From contig OZ037765.1 in assembly GCA_964035545.1 (NCBI GenBank), forward strand, positions 3,038,001 through 3,102,000: a stretch of DNA of 64,000 nt, given 5' to 3'. Below, piece by piece: positions 27,301 to 41,212 of this stretch. The notes under the pieces were generated by a model that saw nothing but the letters and a program-made list of their open reading frames with translations, did not search any database and was not told where the DNA came from. The stretch comes from Bugula neritina (Eukaryota > Animalia > Bryozoa). The stretch's first letter is position 1. Every line of letters starts with the position of its first letter. Both the position numbers and the translations under genes were made by a program.

Positions 27301-30300
27301 GTGCCATCTCAACCCATCATTAGGATAACATATTCACAAAGTACTAAAGCTGTAGTAGCAGGAGATGACGTAATTTTCACTTGTACAGTAGCTAAAGCAA
27401 AACCAATTGCAAGGTTATACTTCAATTACACTGGAAGCATTATTAAATCATCAGAATTGACACATAAACCAAATACCCAGAGTATTGCCTTCTCTGATGA
27501 AGGGAACTCCACTCTTATTTGGAGAACTAAAGCTACAAGTGACATGCATGGAAAGCTTTTAAAGTGTATCATTCTTGAACATCTCTCTAAAACCCAGAAA
27601 TATTACGAGATAAAAATGGTTGTGTATTGTAAGTATGGCATATGAGTTTTTTATATAATATTTTATATTGTTTATGTTGTGACCAATCAATTTTTTTGTT
27701 CCTAACTTAAGAAAAATACTGATAGCAATTAATAAAACTATTAGAAAACTAAACTTAAGCGAAACATAAAAGCCTATTCAATTAGATTGTTGCTAAAAAA
27801 ATAAGTGAAACAGGTTATATTTTGTATAGCAAAGCCATTGGTTTGTATCAAAATTAATGCAACACATTGTTGTTCTAGTTGGCCCATTTCCTTTGAGCAA
27901 TTTCATTCTCGTACGGAACTTGGCAGAGTCTGATAGTTTCTATGTAAGGTGCCCTCTCAAGTGCTACGGTTGCACTGTTTACGAATGGTACCGGGGACCT
28001 GCCTTACCTGATAATAAACTAGACCACTCCTGGAGCGCCTGGAAAATTTCAAAAAGACCTTACCCATTTGTAACTAATTTTATATTGCTAAATTAGCAGA
28101 TCTTACAAATTTGTTTAATTTTTATAACATTAAGTGTACTATATATCGTATGTATAGCGTGAATATAAATATGCATATAAACGTACATGTATATATATAA
28201 GATTATGCTTATACTGAAAACATCATAAAAAATAATATAGCTTCGAAAGCTTTGTGTTACTTATACTGTAAGCCATGTTATACATGTCTAGAAATTTCTA
28301 GCCGTTGCTTTTGTAAAATTAGAATAGTAGCTAAAAATCTGAAATTTTAATTATTGATTGCCTATAAACTACATATATGTGTTTAAATTAGAGCTACATA
28401 TATATGTGTTTAAAAAAATCTTAGATGTTACCATCCGTATTCAAATATTTTATGAAAGTAAACTTCAAGTTTAATAATTACAAGTTAAAATCTTTTGAAG
28501 TCTTCTTGGCCTTTAAATTTTTCTTTATAAAAATATTTTTTGATTGAGTTTTTTTCTATTACCGCAGCCTTTACTTTATATATAGCAGAGTATAATTGGC
28601 CTTATAAGAGCAACTTTATAATACTGTATTATATGAGTTAATAAAAATGTTATACTTTTCATGCAACTGTAGCTCAATGAAGGGCAAGAAAGTGTGGAAT
28701 TTTACTCATGCAAGACCTCTAATCCGTTTACAAGAAAAAAGGAAAACACAACTTTTACTCTGAGAACAATCAGTAAGCAAATTTATTATGAAGTATTTAC
28801 TTTAAACTGCTGCATCAAGATTGTTTCAATCAGTCAGGTATAGCACAATATTATAATTATAAAGGCTGGTCTTTTTTATTTCCTTAAAGTTTAGTGCAAA
28901 GTTGCCACTCTTGGTCTATTTGTTAAAATTATAGCTGTTGAAGTAAAATATTGTTAAAGTTTTTTTCATTACGCAAATATTACGGCTTCTACCAGTGTTT
29001 TCATCTGATAACCATAATAGCTTTCAAATACATATATAGTTGGTCGTATTGCATAATTGACCACAACTGAGTTTAAATTAACACAGGGATTAAGTATACC
29101 CTTTGGTTTTTTTCCCAGCTTTTTTTATATACAACATGTGTTTTTAATTAGCATAAATAATACCACAACCAAAGCAAATTTAAATTTAAAACCTATCAAT
29201 GTAAACAATCATATTTGGCTTATTCGCTATTTTCTAACTGCACGCAGTTTGAATGTCTAAGCAATGAATTGACTTACAAATAAACAAAGTTTATTATCGG
29301 CAGTACTATACAATTTATATACGCGGTTTATACAATTTTTTTCCCATTTTCATCTTAAGTTCAATTAACTTGTTTTCTTTTTAGATCGGCCAGATTTGGT
29401 TAAAAAAGTTAATACTATTATAAGTGAGTAAATATTACTTTCAAAATAAAACAAAACAGTTTGTATGCATAATAAAAGCTTTTGTTCCAAGCCTTACGTA
29501 GGTGTAGTTGAAAATATTGTATTATAGTATATAATGTTTCATTTGTCATATTTTGTTTTCATTTTCGTTGGTGAGGAAGTATTTTGTTTATTAAACTTTT
29601 TTAACCCAATAGGCGGGAAGCCAATTAAAAAGCTTGTAAGATACCATTTACTGGGCAGTAAAACTCTCTATTTTTAAACTGTTTAGTATTTATTTTGTCG
29701 TTAGGTACTGCGTGGGTCACTTTACTTGATTTATATAGTATACACTCCATATCTCCAGTTCTTAACCATTTTTTTCCAATTTAGCTGCTAATTTATATGG
29801 GCTTTTGCCCAAAATTACTGGCATATCAATAAATACAACTAAATAACCAAAGTTATGTTTAATTTTGCCTAATTTCCCATGTTTTTCCTAATTATTTAGC
29901 TAATTTGGATTTGTAGATTGTTACATTTTTTTGGAGTTTTTTTCGTGACGGTCACTTATATACTGTATTATATAAGTGCATACGACAATGACGGTGTGCG
30001 TTAATATTGTGGAATTTTCTTCCAGCCCATTTTTGTTATGCATATAATTAAAACCAACACATGACAAAAATACCACATAATATAGTAAACACCAATGGAC
30101 TTTTAGCAAACTTTAATGTCACAATTTGCTGATGTGTACTGAAGGAAGTAAAGTGACTCAACTTTGATTTTAGTCTATACTGGTTATACCTAGCTCTAAA
30201 GAATATTTTAGAATTTAGTAAGCTACTTAGACTGGGCTACAAAGATAGAGTAAATATTTAGTTATACTACCAACTGTAATGTTTGCATCTGTTTACTAAA

Positions 30301-31365
30301 GCTATGTTCATATTATCCCATGACTTATACCTGCTAGTAGCCTTATATTGTGTAATGTTATAACGATACACTTATGCTGCCAAAGTAATTATGTTGTGGT
30401 TTTAAAAGTGCTATGTAACTGTTGTGACATACTGTTTGTTTATCAAATGCGTCAGTTAGCTTCGAGATTTGAGATAATAAAGTGTAGTGACAGTAAGAAA
30501 GTTGGTAGTAATTCATTGCAGTACTTATCTATACAACACAACATCAACATACGTATAAGAACCTTTAGAAAGCTGAATTTTATGGTTTAATTAAGTTGTC
30601 TTATATTTTCATAATTCTAAGCAGTTCAAGTCAAAAGTGACTAAAAAACGAAAATAATATGTTTAAAAACTTGACATTTTAAGAAGCTTTTATTCTTATA
30701 TTTTATTAAATAACTCACGGAAGTTTACCTGTATTTTCCTGTAAGCTTATACTCGGCATTGCCAAAACCCCTGATAGAAAAGGGCTTTTGTTAAAATGGG
30801 CTAAGTACTTATTAAGATGAGGCACAGGAGCAACTATGACTGGATGCTTTTCTCAACATCACCAATGGCCTTTGTCGGAGCTCGCACCAATTAATATATT
30901 CCATGTTCACTAAGCAATTACTTTAACTCCCAGACTATGGCTGCTCCCTACTCATTTTATTAAACAACCTATAGCAAATTTATATGGGTTTATCTTAACA
31001 GCAACTAACCATGACATCTTTACTGCTCCAGTGTTCGATAACCGCTGGATCAATTATTATGTATTGATGATATTTATTATATAAAATACATAGATTAAAA
31101 TTTAGTCACTTTCAGTGAATTTAGGATAAGAATTTGTAAAGCTTCAAATAAAATCGATGGTTATTTTGAATATATGCTATTGGGTTAAATAAAAAACTAT
31201 TATATTTTAGATAAAGAAGACGCCGTCCAAAAGCCAAAGCCAAAAGTTCTCATTATAATGGGTTTAACTTTATCTTTTATAGCTGCATTAGCTGTACTTT
31301 GTGCAATTATCGTCGTAGCTGTGTCAAAAAGCAGAAACGATAGGAGCAGAAAACGAAGAAAATAA
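24341..31365 (+). CDS. Ig-array gene B: three Ig-like domains, TM, short basic tail (about 426 aa)
   Basis: Exons 24341-24395 (signal), 25334-25530 and 26189-26402 (D1), 27299-27628 (D2), 27879-28069 and 28673-28772 (D3), 29385-29423 (stalk micro-exon), 31211-31365 (TM; tail SKSRNDRSRKRRK). Total 1281 nt, phases consistent. Confidence 0.87.
24747..25236. repeat. (CACACTG)n heptamer satellite, about 70 copies, in gene B intron
   Basis: Near-perfect tandem array with two CACACGG variants. Confidence 0.97.
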
Positions 31366-33792
31366 CTTTTGTCCTAGAATAATATGCATTATATTGCTAT
31401 TATATTCCAACTTTAGAAATAAATATACTATAGAATGTTTAAACATGATTAGCATAGTCATTGCACTTGATATTTAATTCATTTATTCATAATATGCACT
31501 GCAATCTGTTATAGTTTTTAGGTTTTTAGATAAACAACTCTGAGTATTATATGTATAATATTAGAAAAAGTAGTTAACTTCACAAATTTCTAAAAAATCT
31601 TTTCTGGAGGTAAAATGTTTTAAGCAGATAGATTGTTTCTAGGAGTGAGTATCAGAGACCTTAGCATAATTGTCTTTAGACTCAAATCAACTGTGTAATG
31701 CAGTAGTTGAAAATATCAACAATGAATCTGCCGTATAATTTCTTTGTTATAGGATTAACAAATGCTTACCTAGAAAATCTAATATTTGAAACACATACTT
31801 AAACATTTTAGTTCTTAAAAAATGTATTAAGAGTGCTATTGCAGCAAAGCACTATTGTTTAATAGGCTCATTAAATTCATAACTTTACGCAGTAAATTAC
31901 AAACATAATAGCTTGCACCGTCTTGTTTAATGCTAGGCTCATTTATAATAGCCCAAAACACTGTTAAAAGCTGATTAGTTTTTTAAAGTAATATAATATA
32001 AAAAAAACAACCACATTAATACTGAACTATAATGTGGTTTATAGTATTTATCAGATTATCTACAAGCTAACCTGAGATGATTGGCTAACTGCCCTACAAG
32101 CATTGAGATTTCTTACCAGCTTAATTGTACGGCTTAGATATCATGGCTATTGGAAGAGTAAAAGTAAAACTGCAGGGGGGGGGAGGGGACACTGACTGTC
32201 GAGTGAGTAGAACCAAATACTACACGTTTAGAAGCCTCAAAAAATTCAAAACAACTTAATTTATTTTGTTCATGAAAAAAGAATGTTCTTTTCTAACTAC
32301 AAATTAAAGAGAGAATTTTATTTAAACTATGAATAATAGTGGCAGTGGATATAGTAGACCTTAAATTCAGTATGAAAAAAACTCAAACTGTCATCATTTG
32401 CTGAAATTTATAGATCAAATAATATAGTTTTTTTCATTACAATGCAACTAAATTTGGTCTTTTTACCACATTGACAAATATTGTAAAAAGTTTAGATTGA
32501 CCAGTTAAATTTTTAATTCTTAATTTTCTTGTAGATTTTAGATTCGAAATTTATGTGAAATAAATTTACCCCACAGTGTTTTTTCAAACAAGGCCCATCT
32601 GACTGGCTAGTGAAATTTCATTATAGTTCATTATGAAACCCAACATACTTGAAATTTAGGAATTTTACCCACTTTACTAAGTTATCAAATAAATTAATAT
32701 TTTATGGCATGATTAGAATGTGATGCTTAACACAGCAGCTAGTTAGTTGATGAATTCAGCTTTCACCAAAAAGTTAAGTGAGTCCAATTTTTATGTGAAC
32801 TTATATGAACATTACTGTTGGATACTGGCCTTTATTTTTCCTGATTTAGAGTTAATATCTTAGCAAAAACAATTAATTAAGATTTTAATTCGAAAAATTG
32901 TTCTTCATCAGAAAATTAAAACATTTTTTGAAAATAAAAACAGCATCCTTGCTAATTATGCTACTCTAAGTGTTTCTAAATAATAAGTTAGACTAGAATA
33001 AATACAGAAAGAGCTAATATAGCTTTACTCTTTTAGTAACTTTTGCAAACAGCATTAAGGTTGTTTTACATAACTTCGAAAAGGCATTTGAAGTTTGGAG
33101 CATAATTGAGATGGGTTCGTTAACTAGAGTATATATCAAATGTACATTTAGTTAAAGAAAAACCCGCATAAGCTCTAATCAACAATGGTTTATTGCCTAA
33201 TGGTTTGTCCATTACTAATTATTACTTACTACTAATTATTATCATTATACTAATTACTAATTACAGTTAAAAAGTAGTCTATTACTAACCACTTGCTTTT
33301 ACAATATTTGAAATTCCTTAATATTGAAAACTAATTCTATTCAGTCGACGATTGTAATTCAAAAAACCCTTTCAATCTTATCAATTTTAGATTTTGTTTC
33401 AATTTATTCAGAGCATATAAATAAAAGGCAATATTATTCCTACTCCTTATGCACAACTAATAGCACCCAAAATAGCAAAAATTATAATACACTTTTATAT
33501 TCTCAAACTTTCAGTTTTAATGTTTTTTTATGATATAAAAGCCTTGTATCTTGAACATGTTTATGTGTTGACAAATTCTGTATATTTAGTAATAATAGCA
33601 ATGATAATAAATTTTTAATTTGTTCAACTTTTTAGATTAGTTTCACTTGTATTATCTAGACTCTAAATTTTGTTTTACTATTTTACCGCTTGTTTAAGTT
33701 ATGATAATATTATTATAGGTTGATAATAATACTGAACGGGCAAAAAAGCAATGAAGCAATAAACATGATCTTAAAATAATATTGTTTTGATA

Positions 33793-36700
33793 ATGGATAT
33801 TCTAACCTATCAGTTTCTGATGATTCACTTCCTTTACTTTGGAGTTGGTAAGTTGAAATATAGTTCGTTATAGTCAGGTTCATGTTTATTACACACACCT
33901 ACACACACTTACACACACCTACACACACACACACACCTACACACACCTACACACACCTACACACACTCACACACCTACACATGCCTACACACACTTACAC
34001 ACATATATAATTTTAAAAAAAACATTCTACCAACAGCAGAGGTGTGCAGTGTATTGAATATAAACAATATTTTAATAGTTTTGTGCTTTCAGGTGGTGAT
34101 AATTATGAAAAATATATTGTTAAAGAAAGGTCATATCTGTATGACAATTATGGAGAAGAGATCAGCCTAGGTTTGCCTGCTATTGAGTTGAACACTGTAG
34201 CTGATATTAGATGTAACGGAACCTACACTTCCAGTGCATCCCAAGATCGCTGGATCAACAGCATAGAACTGGGAACTGAAGGTTACTCCAAAGCAGAGGT
34301 GACTTATCAGTATTTTCATTGATTTGTTGGAAATTAATATAAACAGCTCATTACTATTTTAAAAAAAATAGCTCAAAGCAAACTGATTCTGACTAGCATG
34401 GGTTGTACACAAAAAGAGTCCACATTTGAAAATCCTGAAACTATCAAAAAATATTTTTGAGAATGAAATACTGAAGTTTTACCAAAACATATATACAAAT
34501 GATGCGCTTAAATGAAAGTTTGGCATTAAAGAAAGCAACAATTTTTCAAACTTAGTTTATAATAACCTTCAAGTATAACATGTTTAGATTTCTTTTTACA
34601 ATTGTACTACTACTGCTGCTGCTTCTGCTCCTCCTGCTGCTGCTGCCTTTACAGCCAACTGTTATTTTTTATTTCATAGATTAAATGTTTAGAAAACAGC
34701 CCAACTGACATAAAGCAAACAGTTGAAGATCTGAGCCCTCAGTTGAAAGACTTTAGCTGTAGCAGAGGTCACATGAGAATGCGGTATAACTTTACTGTCT
34801 CTTTGGGAACCGATGTTAAATGTATTTGGAAAAACCTGGACAAAGATATAGAATACCCATTTGCCATCATTGCTTGGATTTACGGTAAGTAACTAGAAGA
34901 CAACATTTAAAACTTGTTTGAGGTTTCGTAGTCGTGTAGCGTTAGCTTGCCTGCTTGCAAGCCGGAGGTCTGCGGTTCGAATTTTACAAAACTATATATA
35001 TTATCAAGTAACCTGACTATAATTCTCTAAGCAAATGTGAGACTAAAAACTATAGGAGGCCAGTGTTTATTAATTTAGTTGCCAAAAACTATGAGCTAAT
35101 ATACATAATGCATTTTATTTCTAATAATTAAAAAATAAATGCATTTAACTCTGGAAAATAGATAATTAATTTTGTAGTTAGTTTCTCTTTTGCATATTGC
35201 TTAGATCTTTTCATTAAAGCGATTTAGAAACAGCACCAGTTCTAAACTTTTTATAAGATAAATAACATTTTTTTCTTTATCAATGAAGTCAGTTGTAGCT
35301 AAATATTCTATATATCTCAAAAAATCACCTGGAAATTTTCTTTTTATCCTTTCTAGTTGTGCCATCTGAACCGATTATTGCTACAACCTATTCAAGAAGT
35401 AACGAAGCTGTAGTTGCAGGAGATTATGTAATTTATACCTGCACAGTAGCCAATGCAAAACCAATAGCAAAGCTAAAGTTTAGTTATACCGATGGCTATA
35501 TTAAATCATCAGAATTGACACATAAACCAAAAACTCAAAACATTTTTTTCTACAATGAAGGAAATTCCACTCTTACTTGGAGAACTACAGCTACAAGTGA
35601 CATGCATGGAAAGTTTTTAAAATGTAGCATTTTTGAGCATCTTTCTCAAACCCAGAAATATGATGAGATTAAAATGCTCGTTTATTGTAAGTGCTGCACG
35701 CAAGCCTCTTTATTTTCATATAATTATTTCTTTTGCTATATTATGGCAATCAGTGTTCATTTTGCAGGCTATCAAATTTTGTAATTCATATGATTGAAGA
35801 AAGTGTTACTAGTTATTAAAATTGTTGAAAAATTAAAAGTACGCACAATCTAAAATCCTCCTATCACTTTGAGTGCTATTTTTTTAAAATGAAAAATACA
35901 CCTAAATTCTATTAACTATAGTTTATTTAAAGTCCAAAATTTTTGTAACTCAAATTAGTAATTAAATACAAACTTAAATGTCAAAAGCTCAAACAAAAGT
36001 ACTATTATGTAACTTTCAAAGTGGTCGCATAAGGGTTAAATATTTTTGCAGTAGTAAAACTTATGAAATACATATGTATATTTTATATATTTTTATATAC
36101 ATATTATATATGTGTGTGTTATAGCAAAGCCAGATAATAAATGTTTGGTAACTCATTATGTCTTACAGTCAATTTAACACATTTATTGTATTTATAGTTG
36201 GTCCACTCCCCATCAGCAACTTCGTTCTCACTTGGAACTTAGCAGAGTCTAACAGAATCTATGTAGAGTGCCCTCTCAAGTGCTACGGGTGTACTGTGTA
36301 CGAGTGGTACCGAGGGACAGCGTCACTTCTGAACCAGCTCGAACACACCGGGAGCAGCTGGCAGACTTCAAAGAAATCTTACTCACCTGTAATTAGTTTA
36401 TAATTATTAGTATATTCACAGTGCTTAACGGTGTTGCTATATCATACACATATTGCTTATGTATTATGCATATACCGTTATGCTTATATTAAATAGCATA
36501 TACTATACAGTGTATATTATAACTCATGCATGTTTACTCACCCGAGCAAGCTTATGGTCGCTATCCCTGCGAGAAACCCCAGGTAGAAAAGTTTTTTTGT
36601 TAAATTGGGCTAAGGACTTATTCAGATGTGGCAATTATGACTGGATCCTCTTCCTAGCATCACTAATGACCTTTGTCAAGGGTTTGAACTCGTGAATTCG

Positions 36701-38520
36701 TGTTTACAAAGCAAACACTCTAACTCCTATACTACGGTATATTATATAGTTGTATACTGTAACGTGTATATTATATTCTGCATGTATTATATGCATAGAA
36801 TTATTGTCACTAAATGTGTTATAGGCTAGTTTGAGTAAAGCTACAACAGCTAGATTACATAACTTATAGCAAACCAAGCGATTTTCTCAAGTTTCTTTAT
36901 GCTGCTTTTGTAAGAGTACATTTGCAGCTGAAAGTCAGAAATTCTATTCAAAAAACTTTGCCTCTAAATTAAATATATATTATGTATAAGTTAAAGCAAG
37001 TTTGGACAATTTTGTATCTAGACAGTTTAGGAAAGTAAACTATAAGTTTAATAAACTTATTAAAACATCTTCTAACAAAATATGTTGCTTTTAAAACTAT
37101 TTTTCTCATAAAAAGTATTTTTTGATTTGGTGTGTTTCTATTATTAGTGCAGCCTTTGCTATATATATACTGAAGTATAATTGACTTAATTAAAACAGCC
37201 ATAAGCAGTTGTATAATGCATAGACGTTACTATAAATGTATACCTTTCAACTTTGTGATAAAACTTGTCTGATGTGTATATGTTAAAGCTATATTTAGCT
37301 GTATGTTAAGAAAATACTTGTCTATGCTGTAGCAAAAAGAAGGGCAAGAAAGTGTGGAGATTTACTCCTGCAAAACTTCAAATCCTTTTACAAGCAAAAC
37401 AGAAAACACAACTTTTACTTTGAAAATAGTTTGTAAGTAAATTTTTCATATAAATAATTTAATTTAAAAGTGGCAAAAAACATTATGATACTTTTATATA
37501 TTATTATAAATATGTAGTATAGTACGGTATAAGATATATTATTATAATTATGTAGTATAGTACGGTATAAGATATAACGTGACATAGTATAGTATGGCAT
37601 GATATGCCATGACATAGTATAGAGTAATGACTTCTTCTAACCAACTTTAGTCCTAATTTGCCAGTATACGGATTAGAACATCAGAAAAATCATATGCTAT
37701 ACTATAATATAGTGTACTAGAGAATCTTATATTATATTATATTATAATATTGTACTTTTCTAGATATTATATAGTATAAAAACCCTCTATATATATCTAA
37801 TATATTTAATATAAGCAATATATTGTTCTAAACTTTTCGATTAAGTGCTAATAATTCCTTTTGCTCCAAATCCAACTTCTGTAATGCATGAACTTTCAAC
37901 CTATGTTACAGCATATTATCCAAAAAGATAATCATATTTTATTTTACATTTTCCTTACCTACCCGCATTAATGTTTAAGCAATTAATTGACTTACAAAAA
38001 TTATAGTTTAATCTCAGCAGCATAACAATTAATAGCACATGCACATATGATATTATAGTTGATTTTATTTTGTCTCATTTTTATATGCAGTTTTCAATTT
38101 TGTTTATTTGTAGATCGACCAGACTTGGTGAAAAATATTGTGATTAAAAGTGAGTTAATACTATTATTAACACAAATCCTACTAGTTGCATGTAGAAATA
38201 TGTAAGAGCCTCATAAATTATTCCTTGTGGTGTGTTATTAAAAATAACATATAATGCTATAAGAATTAGTGATATTTGGCATAAGTTATTAGTTCAAATG
38301 AACAATAATGTTTGTTTCAGCAAAAGATGACAGCCGCCAAAAGTCAAAGCAAACAACAATCACTATAACAGGTTTAGTTTTAACATTTATAGCCGCTGCA
38401 ATGGTAATTGGTGGGGTTTGCGTTGTGGCTATTCTAAAGGGTAGAGAAAAGAAAATGTTGAAGAAAACGAGAAAGTATGCATCATATAAAGCTTCAAGTA
38501 AAATTATTTTTAAAGTATAG
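33793..38520 (+). CDS. Ig-array gene C (about 440 aa)
   Basis: Exons 33793-33847, 34093-34298, 34680-34884, 35357-35686, 36198-36388, 37333-37432, 38114-38149, 38321-38520. Total 1323 nt. Closest paralogue of gene B. Confidence 0.87.
33890..34003. repeat. imperfect (ACACACCT)n / CA-rich microsatellite in gene C intron
   Basis: Tandem CA-rich units in the same intron as gene B's CACACTG array. Confidence 0.9.
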
Positions 38521-41212
38521 TTCAAATAAAAAAGCTGGAGAGCTATATATATAATATTTATAAAATATATACAAAATTAATGCAATTTATACATTTGGTA
38601 TGCTTAATTCGTTCATGTTACTTACCTAATAACAAACAGATAAATTAAAGACAGACTTGTAAGATTTTGGGGGCAAATTATTGTATATATACTTGTGTAG
38701 CTATATATATGAAAAATAGTTCAATTTACTGTTTTTCTGAGTGTAAAAATGTTTAAAGCAGATAGGGGTGAGTAACAGAGATGTTATAGTAATTGACTTT
38801 AGATTCAAATCAACTGCAGTGTAATGCAGTAGTTGAAAATATCAGCAATAATAATTGCTGCTGCAAACAAATGTTAATATCTGACACTTTTAAATAGACA
38901 TCTTAGTTCTTATGTACCAAATTTATTTGTTTTTCTCACAGCACACAGATGTTATATATTATCTATTTCTTGCTCAAAAATTAGTACTTTTAAAAATCAG
39001 CACTCTAACAAAAACTTGTTACATATACAATATATATACAATAAGCATGATGAAATTAGTCTATTGACTTTTCTATTGTAAGCTGTGAGCAGTAGTTTTT
39101 TGAGTGTTTGTCTCCCCCTATAACAACACAGAAATAATAACACAGTAAATAAAAAAATCTAATAACTTTACGAAATTTGCATTTGATGATTTGCCAATTT
39201 AAGCAAGAAAAGCTGAACATTGCAAGTCTAGCAACATTCAAAACAACTTGAATTTTTGTTCATATATTATAGTTAAAGAATGCAGTTGCATGATATTTTT
39301 TCTGGCTGCATAAAAAGAGGATTTTAAATAAAATATATAGAAGCATCAGTGGGTAGCAGACCAAAGCTTTTGTAAACAAAATGTAAACTGTAACCACTTG
39401 CTTAACTTTAGCTATGAAATAATGCAAAATGTTTCTCATATGCATTACAATATACAACTAAGTTTGACCTCATCGCTGCACTGGGGGGAAGGGGGGCATA
39501 GACCTGCTATTTTACCATCAATACTATAGGTACATAGTTAAGATTTACCAGTAAACAGTTAGAGATTACTAACAAAAATTGCAGTCTTTCAATGATAAAA
39601 TCATGACTTTTTTTCTTGCTCTCAAAATATGTTTCATAAACCGCTGGATTCTAACCTAAAAGAGCGCAAGAGCTGTATTAGAAATCAACAGTAGCCGCTA
39701 CCTTATATCTGTTGACTGTTCCAAGGGATAGAAATACTAAGAAGCTTTAAAATAGTTTTAGCTAGCAAAGCTTCAACAGCCAAAATATGACTGAATATTG
39801 GCTTTGCTTTTATATCTTGATGCTATTTTAATGACTCAAGTTGGTCACTTTATAGTTCGGAAGTTAGCTGCTTATTATTCAACATAAACGGTAAGGCAAT
39901 CAAGATCAATGAATGGTCAACTATATATATTTTTATAGCATGCAATCACGCAATTACACAATGTGTAAAACTGATTATCATGAAAAATCTAGTTAGCTGC
40001 AATTATTATTTTTAATTTTTAATTATACAAAAATATTTTAGATATTTGGCTTTTGCAACAAAAGATTTATTTGAAATGGTCAGAATTTTACAACTAAAAT
40101 TGTTGATATACTTTTCATGAAGCTGGGCTAGCTATTGAAAATAATTCATTTTTATAACAAATACGGAAAAATGAGACCACTTAATTGCCTACTTCTATAT
40201 GAAGCCATACTTTTAGAATCGTGGGTACATTTGTATTATATTACCTTTCAAATAAAGGAGTTTAGAGTATACTACGTTGTGTCACAGTTGAATTCTCTTT
40301 GCACTGGATGCAAAAATATTTCTTCTATTTATGAAAAATAATTTCTCTAATAAATAATTTTTGCATTGTTCTTATAATCAGTTGATTTTAAAAAAACATT
40401 AATTTCAATAATTAGGTGAGCTTTGCAGCAAAGTAAATGTACATGTATGGTACCATACTAGTTTAAATACACAAATCGGCATTAACACTAGAGCTAAAAT
40501 TAGCTGTTTTATGTTTCTAAAATATGCAATTTTTAAATGCATAGCATAGTTTACATGTTTATAGATGTATGTTATGAACAAGCAGTTTTTGATATTTGAA
40601 TTATACTAAAACTCTGAATTAAACATATTATTCAAATAGCTATAAAAAGGCAGTAAGTTATTTATACTACATAAAATAATCGCTAAAATTTTTATTTACT
40701 TATTCACCTAATTTTGTATAGCTAACGTTGATTTAAAATATTTCAAACAGTTGTTTATGCATAAGGTAAACCTGAGATTAACGTGTTGAAAATAAATCAT
40801 ACAACAATAAAACTGTGGATTAACCAGGAAAGTTAAAATTTATTTTAAAAACAGTTGCTGACTGAAGCTTTAGCTAGTACTATTGTTTTTAATAATTTTT
40901 ACACTTTTAAGACTTTAAGACCAGCAAAGTTAAATTCTTGCCAGTGAAAACAGCCAAAAATATTTTAGTCTACGGTATTTCTTAGTTTACAAAAGTTAAA
41001 TTACTGTTATCAATTGTAGCTATAGAGTATACAGTGTTATTTTTGCCCAATTGAAGTTGCATGTATGTTGAAAAGTTGTTTATGTCTATATTACTTTTAA
41101 ATTTGTTTTTACTACTTGCAGGCTTCATACTGAATATAACTTAATTGAAAATTAGAAGCCAAGGAAAATAGCAAAATAAAAACATTTACATGTGGATAGT
41201 AGCAAGACTTCA

